DNA from: an uncultured delta proteobacterium
GTDB taxonomy: Bacteria > Desulfobacterota > Binatia > UBA9968
Reading direction: 5' to 3'
Assembly (NCBI GenBank): GCA_963745035.1
Contig: CAVUVW010000024.1
Span: 1-64,000 of the forward strand
DNA: 64,000 bases
In this document: in pieces, positions 56,390-64,000 of the stretch
Numbering within the stretch: the first letter of the stretch is position 1
Layout of the letters: each line of letters starts with the position of its first letter
Program-made: the position numbers and the translations under genes
Notes under the pieces: model-generated
What the model was told of the DNA's origin: nothing
The model's input: the letters and a program-made list of their open reading frames with translations, nothing else
Databases searched by the model: none

Positions 56390-58057
56390 ATGGCTCATGA
56401 TGTAGTGATCAAGAACGGAACGGTGATCGACGGCACGGGCAGCCCGGGATTTCAGGCTGACGTGGCGATCGACGGCGACAAGATTTCAGCGATCGGCAAG
56501 AGCGTGGGTTCGGGCAAAAAAGAAATCGACGCCAAGGGCAACGTCGTCGCGCCCGGTTTCATCGACTCCCATACCCACATGGACGCTTTCGTCGTGCAGT
56601 ACCCCAACGGCAACCCGGTGGTGAACTACGGCGTGACGAGCATCGTCATCGGCGATTGCGGCGCCTCCTGCGCGCCGGTGCCGCCCAAGCCCGAACCGCG
56701 CCAGGTGCTGGTGCAGTATCTGCGCCGCGTCCTCGACAAATACGTCGACGACAAGGACTGGCGCTGGAACACCTTCGGCGAATATTTGAACTACCTCGAA
56801 GGCAAAGTCGCGATCAACGTGCTGCCGCTCATGCCGCACTCCCCCGTGCGCCTGACGGTCATGGGCGAAGCCGCCTACCAGCGCGCCGCCAATCCCGAAG
56901 AGCTGGACACGATGAAAAAAATGGTGCGCGAAGGCATGGAGCTCGGCGCCATCGGTTTTTCCACCAGCCCGCGCGGCGGCCCGGCGATTCACGCCGGCAC
57001 GCCGAGCACGTTCGCCGAGCATGACGAAATCATCGAGCTCGCCAACGTCGCCGCCGAGTACGGCGGCTGTTTTCAGTTCAACGGCTTCCAGATGATTCTT
57101 CAGCCGGAATCCGGCGTCCCGGAGATGCTGACGAAAATCAAGACCTTGCAAATCGGCAACGAGTTTCGCGTGCGCCCCGGCGCGAAAGCGATGGGCATGC
57201 AGTCGATCAAGTACATGGAAGATGCGCAGAAGCGCGGCCAGGATTTGTACGGCGTGGTCATCCCCTACCAGCATATTCGCCGCTTCAACCTGGACGATTG
57301 CTTCCTGTTCAACGGCCTGCCGACTTGGGAAGCGATCAAAAACTCCAGCGACCTCAAGAGCAAGCTCCAGGACAAAGACATTCGCCGAAAGATCGAGCAA
57401 GAGCGCATCGCCTGCGAAGGCAAGCTCGAATTTCCCGAATGGCACGGCTGGGATCGAGTCGTGTTCGAGCACCTGGAAAAACCCGAACTTAAAAAACTCG
57501 AGCTCAAGAACGTCGAAGAGATCTCCCGGCTCACGGAAAAAGCCCCGGTGGATGCCTTCTTCGACACTTGGCTGGAAGACAACCTAAACTCGTCGATCTG
57601 TTATCACGGCCTCGCCAACGCTCATCCCGAGTTGCTCGCCGAAATGATCAAATCCGACACCAGCTTGATCGGCACCGACGTGGGCGCGCACCTCGACCGC
57701 TTCTTCTGGCACGGCGCGCCGACCAGGGTGCTCGGCTACTGGAGACGCGAGAAGAATCTCTTCAGCCTCGAACAGGCGGTGCACAAAATCACCGGCTTCG
57801 CGGCCAAGAGACTGCGACTCAACCGCGGCGTGCTCGGCGAAGGCATGCCGGCCGACGTAACCGTGTTCGACGCCGACAAGATCGACGATCTGGTCAGCAA
57901 GAAGCTTCCCGATATGGTGGATGCCAACGAAGTGCGCCGCCATCCGCCCGGCATGAAAGCCGTGCTCGTGAACGGCGCCGCGGTCGTGGAAGACGGCCAA
58001 TGCAACGATGTCTTCCCCGGCAAAGTCCGCCGCCAGCAGCTCTGCACGCCGCATTAA
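56390..58057 (+). CDS. N-acyl-D-amino-acid deacylase family amidohydrolase
   Basis: VIDGTG, PGFIDSHTHMD, GDCG, DVGAH, ADVTVFD. Confidence 0.88.
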   Translation: MAHDVVIKNGTVIDGTGSPGFQADVAIDGDKISAIGKSVGSGKKEIDAKGNVVAPGFIDSHTHMDAFVVQYPNGNPVVNYGVTSIVIGDCGASCAPVPPKPEPRQVLVQYLRRVLDKYVDDKDWRWNTFGEYLNYLEGKVAINVLPLMPHSPVRLTVMGEAAYQRAANPEELDTMKKMVREGMELGAIGFSTSPRGGPAIHAGTPSTFAEHDEIIELANVAAEYGGCFQFNGFQMILQPESGVPEMLTKIKTLQIGNEFRVRPGAKAMGMQSIKYMEDAQKRGQDLYGVVIPYQHIRRFNLDDCFLFNGLPTWEAIKNSSDLKSKLQDKDIRRKIEQERIACEGKLEFPEWHGWDRVVFEHLEKPELKKLELKNVEEISRLTEKAPVDAFFDTWLEDNLNSSICYHGLANAHPELLAEMIKSDTSLIGTDVGAHLDRFFWHGAPTRVLGYWRREKNLFSLEQAVHKITGFAAKRLRLNRGVLGEGMPADVTVFDADKIDDLVSKKLPDMVDANEVRRHPPGMKAVLVNGAAVVEDGQCNDVFPGKVRRQQLCTPH

Positions 58058-58088
58058 GCTCGTTTCACGTTCTGTCTGTCCTCCTCCA

Positions 58089-58121
58089 CCCTCTCCCTCA
58101 GGGAGAGGGCTGGGGTGAGGG
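58089..58121. repeat. REP-like palindrome CCCTCTCCC-N3-GGGAGAGGG-CTGGGGTGAGGG
   Basis: Perfect 9-bp stem, intergenic. Confidence 0.7.
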
Positions 58122-58153
58122 CAAAAACATTCGCCAAGAAGGATTCCATCGCC

Positions 58154-59152
58154 ATGAAAGTCTGCGCCATCGACGTTCATCATCACTACGTGCCGAATAG
58201 CTTGCTAGAGGAAGCCAAGAAAAACGGGAAACATTTAGGCGTCGAGCTGGTCGAAAAGGACGGCAACAAATCGCTCTCCTTCGCGGGGGGGCCGCCGTTC
58301 GTGCTCCATCCCGAGCTGCCGGCGATCGACGAACGACTCAAGATGATGGCCGACTCCGAGCTCGCCATGGCGGCGCTCGAAGCGCACACGGCAACCTTGG
58401 GCTACCGGCTCACCGGCGAGCAAGGCGAGAACTGGTGCAACGTCTACAACGACGGCATCGCGGACTTGGTCAAACGTTATCCCGACCGCTTCGTCGGCAT
58501 GGCGTCGGTGCCGCTGCAAGACCCCGCGCGCGCGGCGAGGGTGTTGGAGCGCGCCGTGCGTGATTTGAATTTCCGCGGCGGCTATATCGGCACCAATGTG
58601 AACGGCAACTACTACGGCAGCGAAGAATTCGATCCGTTTTGGGCCAAAGCGCAGGAGCTCGACGTCATGGTGGTCATGCATCCCGAAGACGTCGCCGGTG
58701 CCGACAAGATGAATCCGTACGGCTTGAAGCTCATCTGCGGCAATCCCGCAGACAGCGCGCTTTGCTTCGGCTTCATGACCTACAGCGGCGTGTTCGATCG
58801 CTTCCCCAATTTAAAACTCTGCATCCTCCACGGCGGCGGATTTTTTCCCTACCATCTCGGCCGCTTCGATCAGGGATGGGAAGTCCGCGCCGGCGCCCGC
58901 GCGGCCAAGGCGAAAAGCGCGCCCAGCTCGTACTTGAAAAACATCTACTACGACAACATGATCTATCGCCTCGACACCCTCAAATACCTGATCGGTCTCG
59001 GCGGTATCGATCACATCATGGTCGGCACCGACTATCCCTACGATCTGGGCGACTGGGATTCGGCGAAGAAAGTCGACCAGCTCGACATTTCAGACAGTGA
59101 CAAACTGTTGATGCTGGAAGGCAACGCGAAACGTTTACTGCGCATCAAGTAA
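58154..59152 (+). CDS. Amidohydrolase_2 family protein (ACMSD-like decarboxylase/hydratase)
   Basis: IDVHHH, MHP, HGGGFFPY, GTDYPY. Confidence 0.88.
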   Translation: MKVCAIDVHHHYVPNSLLEEAKKNGKHLGVELVEKDGNKSLSFAGGPPFVLHPELPAIDERLKMMADSELAMAALEAHTATLGYRLTGEQGENWCNVYNDGIADLVKRYPDRFVGMASVPLQDPARAARVLERAVRDLNFRGGYIGTNVNGNYYGSEEFDPFWAKAQELDVMVVMHPEDVAGADKMNPYGLKLICGNPADSALCFGFMTYSGVFDRFPNLKLCILHGGGFFPYHLGRFDQGWEVRAGARAAKAKSAPSSYLKNIYYDNMIYRLDTLKYLIGLGGIDHIMVGTDYPYDLGDWDSAKKVDQLDISDSDKLLMLEGNAKRLLRIK

Positions 59153-59197
59153 TTCATCAACCCGAAGCGCACTGAGCGGTCGACCGGCGCTTACCGA

Positions 59198-59298
59198 TCA
59201 TTCCGGCGTAGAGCCTGCCCCGGACTCGATCCGGGGGCAGGAATCCAGATGCTCTTCTTGTGCTTGAACCGTGGATGCCGGCCTCTGCCGGCATGACG
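59198..59298. repeat. REP-like inverted pair with a nested palindrome
   Basis: TCATTCCGGC...CCCCGGACTCGATCCGGGG...GGAATCCA and TGGATGCCGGC...GCCGGCATGAC. Confidence 0.65.
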
Positions 59299-59386
59299 AA
59301 ATGAGCTTTCGTGGCTAGAGTCAAAACCCTTTGCTTGTGGTCGTGGTCTGTTCAGTCGAATGAGCGTGCGCTTTAATCGAAGTCGT

Positions 59387-60214
59387 TCAATTGCGGCTGC
59401 GCGTGGCGCGAAACTTGGTGTCCTTCCCTGAAGTTCGGGCGAATCCGTCGATCGTATTTCCCGCAACTATGCCGGTGAACTGAGTGTCCGCCGAGCTAAA
59501 AATGATCTGATCGCCATGCAATTTGCCCGTTACGGGAGTGGTTCCGGCGGCAGATGCCAAAGTCCCCGAAACCGTTTGATAAACTTGCTCCAAGCGAAGA
59601 TCGCCTTGGGGTAGCTTCCACGTTCCCGCCACCTTCGCCGGCACATACCACAGCCGGGCCGTGCAGAACTGGCCGCAGTCCCCATCTATCATCAAAGTTT
59701 CATCCGCGGTCCAATCGCCGATGGCAAAAGTATTGGCCACGACCCGCGTGCCTGGCCTGAGATCGAGAAGCTTCGGTCTGAGTTTCAGATTCATCTCCGG
59801 CAAAAGAAAAAGGATCACCACTGTAGCGCGGGAAAAGTCGCTCGTGAACAGATCGGCTTTTTCGAAGGTCGCTCGGCTGCCGACTCCTTCTTTGGCCGCG
59901 TGGCGCTTCGACAGCTCGACCAGATCGGGATTGTATTCGATGCCGTGGGCACGGGCGCCCCGCTTGGCCGCCGCAATGACGTTGCGACCATCGCCCGAGC
60001 CGAGATCGATCACGTAATCCTTGGATGTAATCCTCGCCACGTCGAGGAGCTTTTCCACCATCACCGTCGGATTCGGTACCCAAACGACATCTTTTCCCGC
60101 CTGTCCGACCTGCGGCACGTACTCGCCTTCGGCCGCCTGGGCCGATAAGGACGAAAGAAGCAGGAGCCATGACGAAAGCGCAATTAGCAATACTCGACGT
60201 GACAGTCTCCTCAC
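59387..60214 (-). CDS. Class I SAM methyltransferase with signal peptide (paralog 3)
   Basis: DVVWVP, DLGSGDGR, GIEYNP, ATVVILFL. Confidence 0.87.
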   Translation of the reverse strand: MRRLSRRVLLIALSSWLLLLSSLSAQAAEGEYVPQVGQAGKDVVWVPNPTVMVEKLLDVARITSKDYVIDLGSGDGRNVIAAAKRGARAHGIEYNPDLVELSKRHAAKEGVGSRATFEKADLFTSDFSRATVVILFLLPEMNLKLRPKLLDLRPGTRVVANTFAIGDWTADETLMIDGDCGQFCTARLWYVPAKVAGTWKLPQGDLRLEQVYQTVSGTLASAAGTTPVTGKLHGDQIIFSSADTQFTGIVAGNTIDGFARTSGKDTKFRATRSRN

Positions 60215-61056
60215 ACAATTCCTTCCTTGTTATTTGCCGCCGCGCGCGCTTTCCACTCGCCGCCGTTCTTTGAAGTCAAAGAAATTCCATCGCCGCTCGC
60301 GTGGCCGCGGTATTCATCTTCATCGGTCCTGAGATAAATCTCTTCGCCGCGGAGCCGGCCGCTCGTGATCGGCACAGTGCGGTTGCCCGTCCTCAGCGTT
60401 CCGCTAAGTGTTTGAAAGTTTTGCTTCAACACAAGCTCGCCGTCGGCGAGCTTCCAAGCTCCGTCGACCTTGGCGGGCACAATCCAGAGCAGCGCCGTGC
60501 ACCAGCCCGTGCAATCGTCGCTGGTCGATGCGGTCTCGTCCGCCTCCCACTCGCCCATCGTGAAAGAATTCGAAACGATTCGCGTGCCGGGCCTGAGATC
60601 GAGGATCTTGGGCCGCAGCTTCAAATTGATCTGCGGCAAAAGAAACATCGTGATTACGGTCGCTCGTGAAAAGTCGCTTTCGAAGAGATCCGCCTTGGCG
60701 AAGGTAGCCTTATCGCCGACGCCTTCCGCCACCGCGTTGCGCTTCGACAGCTCGACCATGGCGGCATTGTATTCGATGCCGTGGGCGCGAACCCCGCGCT
60801 TGGCGGCGGCGATGACGGTGCGCCCGTCGCCCGAGCCGAGGTCGATCAGGTAGTCCGCGGGCGTGACTTTCGCGAGAGCGAGCATCTTATCGACCAGCGT
60901 GTCGGGCGTCGGCACCCAGACCACATCCTTGCCCGCCTGGCCGACCCGCGGCTCATAAGCCTTCTTCGCCGGCTGCGCGGCCTCTACCCGAGCATCAGAA
61001 CAAATCAGCGTCAGCAGAACAGCGAGGCAGAATTGGGTGACTCTACCGGCAACCAT
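60211..61056 (-). CDS. Class I SAM methyltransferase with signal peptide (paralog 2)
   Basis: DVVWVPTP, DLGSGDGR; 4-bp overlap with the next gene. Confidence 0.88.
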   Translation of the reverse strand: MVAGRVTQFCLAVLLTLICSDARVEAAQPAKKAYEPRVGQAGKDVVWVPTPDTLVDKMLALAKVTPADYLIDLGSGDGRTVIAAAKRGVRAHGIEYNAAMVELSKRNAVAEGVGDKATFAKADLFESDFSRATVITMFLLPQINLKLRPKILDLRPGTRIVSNSFTMGEWEADETASTSDDCTGWCTALLWIVPAKVDGAWKLADGELVLKQNFQTLSGTLRTGNRTVPITSGRLRGEEIYLRTDEDEYRGHASGDGISLTSKNGGEWKARAAANNKEGIV

Positions 61057-61083
61057 AATCGATCCTCGATCCTCGACGATACT

Positions 61084-61911
61084 CTACTTCCCGCTCCGGC
61101 TCGCGCTCCAATTCCCGCCCGAGCTGACCGTCCCTTCCATGGCGCCGCCGCCCACCCGGCCGGTGTAAAGCGAGCCGCCCGCGTTGAACATGATCTGATC
61201 GCCGTTGAGCTTGCCGTTGGCGATCTGCACGGTGTTGCCGCCGCGGCGCAGCGAGCCGGAAATCGTCTGATAGGTTTGCTTGAAGTTCAGCTCGCCGTCA
61301 CCGACCTGCCACGTGCCATCGACTTTCGCCGGCACGATCCATAAATGAGCCGTGCAGTACGACGCACAGCCGTCTTTGACCGAGACGGTGTCGTCCGCCT
61401 TCCAATCGCCCATGGTGAAAGAATTCGAGACGATGCGCGTCCCCGGCTTGAGATTGAGAATCTTCGGCCGCAGTTTGAGATTGATGTCCGGCAACAGGAA
61501 CATCGTGATCACCGTGGCCTCTGAGAGATCGATTTCGAACAGATCGGCCTTGGTAAAACTGGCTCGATCGGTCACCCCCTGTTTGGCGGCGTTGCGCTGC
61601 GACAATTCGACCATGTCGGGGTTGTATTCGATGCCGCGCGCTTTGGCGCCGCGCTTGGCGGCGGTAATGACGGTGCGGCCATCGCCCGACCCGAGGTCGA
61701 TGACGTAATCGTTCGGCGTCACCTTCGCGATATCGAGCATCTTGTCGACCAGCGCCTGGGGCGTCGGCACCCAGATCACGTCCTTGCCTTCCTGTCCGAC
61801 CTGCGGCTGGTAATCGGGTTTGCCGGACTGTGCTTGCGCGCAGCCGGTGACGAAAGCGATCAGCAGGCAAAGGGCAACGCGTGAGCGAGGCGATACGGCG
61901 AGCGCGGTCAT
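61084..61911 (-). CDS. Class I SAM methyltransferase with possible lipoprotein signal (paralog 1)
   Basis: LLIAFVTG-C, DVIWVPTP, DLGSGDGR. Confidence 0.88.
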   Translation of the reverse strand: MTALAVSPRSRVALCLLIAFVTGCAQAQSGKPDYQPQVGQEGKDVIWVPTPQALVDKMLDIAKVTPNDYVIDLGSGDGRTVITAAKRGAKARGIEYNPDMVELSQRNAAKQGVTDRASFTKADLFEIDLSEATVITMFLLPDINLKLRPKILNLKPGTRIVSNSFTMGDWKADDTVSVKDGCASYCTAHLWIVPAKVDGTWQVGDGELNFKQTYQTISGSLRRGGNTVQIANGKLNGDQIMFNAGGSLYTGRVGGGAMEGTVSSGGNWSASRSGK

Positions 61912-62098
61912 GAAAAGTTCTCCGTTCCTTCGAATTTCCTGGGAGGTTCGCACGCGACCCGCAAAATGTCCAGCCCGTCGCGCGGCGCCAAATCCCGGAA
62001 GGAATTGCTTGTCCGACGTTTTCAATGATAGAGAAACCGGGAGCGACGCGACGCGCGGCAGGATTCGCAATCGCTCCAATCTCCGAGGAGGCGCTTTC

Positions 62099-63253
62099 AT
62101 GCGGCAGAGATCCGATTACCCGACATTTTCCGACGGCGAGCTCGAGCGGCGCCATAGAGCAGTTTACGGCTTGATGGAACAGGAAGGCGTCGCCGCCGCA
62201 CTCTTTTATGGCAGCGGACGCTACGCTTCCGACATTTACTGGCTGAGCGACTGGCCGAGCAGCCGGGAAGCTTACCTACTCATGCAGAGCGGCAAAGAGC
62301 CGGTGATTTTGATGCAGCTCTTCAATCATTATCCGATGGCACGCGTCATGTCCGCGATCAAAGACGTGCGCTGGGCCGGCCCGAACACGACCGATAGTCT
62401 GGTCGATCTCATGCGCGAGCGTGGTTTGGAATCGAAGAAGATCGGCTTGATCGGATCAATTTCCTATCAGGTCTACAATAAGCTGCGGGAAAAATATCCG
62501 TCCGCGACATTTGTCGACTTGAGCGGCAAGCTGCGGATGATGCGCACGGTGAGAAGCGCCGAGGAGATCGAGCGCATTCACCTCGCCTCGAAACTTACCG
62601 ATCAATCCATTCAGGCCTTGGCCGAAGGACTTCGACCCGGCATGCGCGAGGACGAAATCCCAGCGATTATCGAGACAGTTTATCTAAAGGCCGGCGGCTA
62701 CGCGGGCATTCACTTCATGAGCAGCATGCCCATGCGCGAGCCGGACTTTCCGGTGCCGTCGCAATTCCACTCCGGCCGCAAGCTGCAAAAAGGCGACGCG
62801 CTGATCACTGAGATCAGCGGCGCCTACTCCGGCTACAGCGGCCAGATTCATCGGACGTTCTCCATCGGCGAAGGCCCGACATCGGAATGGCAGAAAATGC
62901 ACGACGCGGCGATCGAAGGATTCGAGGTCTTGGCGAAAGTGATCAAAGACGGCGCGACGACGACCGAAGCGGAAGAGGCGGCGGAGGTGATTCACCGGCG
63001 CGGCTTCAGCACCTACGACGATGTGGTCCATGGCGTCAATCAGTATCCGCCGATCTTTCAGACCAAGACGCGCAAGCGCCACGAGTCGCGCGAGATGGTC
63101 TTTCGCGAAAACATGGTGATCGTCATTCAGCCCAACCTCATGACCTACGACGAGAAGATGGGCCTGCAATTTGGCGAGACCTTGGTGGTGAAGAAAAACG
63201 GCTGCGAAACGTTCAACGCCTATCCGCGCCAGTGGGTCACGTGCCGAGGATGA
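62099..63253 (+). CDS. M24/creatinase-fold hydrolase
   Basis: GAGGAGG RBS; RSAEEI, GYSGQIHRT, HGV, FGETLVV. Confidence 0.82.
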   Translation: MRQRSDYPTFSDGELERRHRAVYGLMEQEGVAAALFYGSGRYASDIYWLSDWPSSREAYLLMQSGKEPVILMQLFNHYPMARVMSAIKDVRWAGPNTTDSLVDLMRERGLESKKIGLIGSISYQVYNKLREKYPSATFVDLSGKLRMMRTVRSAEEIERIHLASKLTDQSIQALAEGLRPGMREDEIPAIIETVYLKAGGYAGIHFMSSMPMREPDFPVPSQFHSGRKLQKGDALITEISGAYSGYSGQIHRTFSIGEGPTSEWQKMHDAAIEGFEVLAKVIKDGATTTEAEEAAEVIHRRGFSTYDDVVHGVNQYPPIFQTKTRKRHESREMVFRENMVIVIQPNLMTYDEKMGLQFGETLVVKKNGCETFNAYPRQWVTCRG

Positions 63254-63272
63254 CAACCCAAAATTGGCAACC

Positions 63273-64000
63273 TCATCGCACGAGCGAGATCGCGATGGTG
63301 CCGCCGACCACGCAAAGCGCGCCGATGACGGTTGGGAGATTCAGCTTCTCGATGCCTCGGAGAAAGACGCCGGTGCCGACGAGAATCCATAGCGGGCTGG
63401 TGGCGACGATCGGAGAGACGATCACGACCGGGCCGAGGCTCAACGCAATAACAACCAGAAGAATTCCCAGCGTCTCGAAGATGCCGGCCATGAGAAACGG
63501 CGCCAGCGCTTCTTTGCTCCACTTCGGCCGTTCCCGCGCCAGCGGCGTTGACAAATAACCCAGCATCCAAAACAACGAGACCCAGCCCACCATCGCGGCG
63601 TAGAACAGCGGCTCGTTGGCGAGGCCGAGCGCGTAGCGGCGAATCGGATGGCTGATGCCCGCCAACAACGCCGCGCCCAAAGGAAAGCCGATATGCCACC
63701 ACCGGTAAGCGGCCCGCTCGCTCGCCGGCTGCCAGGAGATCAACGCCACGCCGCCGACGATCAGCACCGTACCGGCGAGAATCCAAATGTTGGCGCTTTC
63801 GCCCAGAAATATGATGGCGAGCGACGTGCTGAACAGCGGATGGCAGCCGCGCACCGTCGTGCCGCGCGAAGCGCCCATGTAAAAGATACCCGCATAGGTG
63901 AATACCCGAATGACCGGCTGCAAAGTGCCCGTGATGAAGAACAACAGCAGCACCAGTGGCGGCACATTCGGCACGCCCGTGCTCAACAGCAGCACGGCTC
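63273..64000 (-). CDS. DMT/EamA family transporter (starts beyond the window)
   Basis: Multiple transmembrane segments; IFLGE, GPVVIVSPI. Confidence 0.85.
   Translation of the reverse strand, partial: AVLLLSTGVPNVPPLVLLLFFITGTLQPVIRVFTYAGIFYMGASRGTTVRGCHPLFSTSLAIIFLGESANIWILAGTVLIVGGVALISWQPASERAAYRWWHIGFPLGAALLAGISHPIRRYALGLANEPLFYAAMVGWVSLFWMLGYLSTPLARERPKWSKEALAPFLMAGIFETLGILLVVIALSLGPVVIVSPIVATSPLWILVGTGVFLRGIEKLNLPTVIGALCVVGGTIAISLVR

Overview
A GC-rich bacterial chromosomal segment. The gene content (greatly expanded solute-binding proteins, dense short intergenic repeats) suggests Candidatus Binatia or a related deltaproteobacterium; this is an inference. From left to right: the end of a tyrosine integrase facing tRNA-Arg(ACG) and tRNA-Ser(GCT); an Fe3+/thiamine-class ABC operon, copA and an MBL/beta-CASP gene; tRNA-Ser(TGA) with a ~5 kb island that duplicates the tRNA 5' half, followed by a second, internally deleted integrase relic; a ~20 kb minus-strand acyl-CoA catabolic region; a tctB-(tctC x14)-tctA transporter locus; two amidohydrolases; three tandem methyltransferases with signal peptides; an M24-fold enzyme and a DMT transporter. 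The most unusual features are (i) a GTTCAA/TTGAAC palindromic repeat that encodes the signal peptides of seven consecutive tctC genes, (ii) the 14-gene tctC array itself, (iii) 5'-half tRNA integration, and (iv) apparently exported FAM173/aKMT-like methyltransferases. Many genes carry 1-bp frameshifts that look like sequencing or assembly indels, so pseudogene calls are uncertain. All assignments come from reading motifs by eye; no database searches were run.
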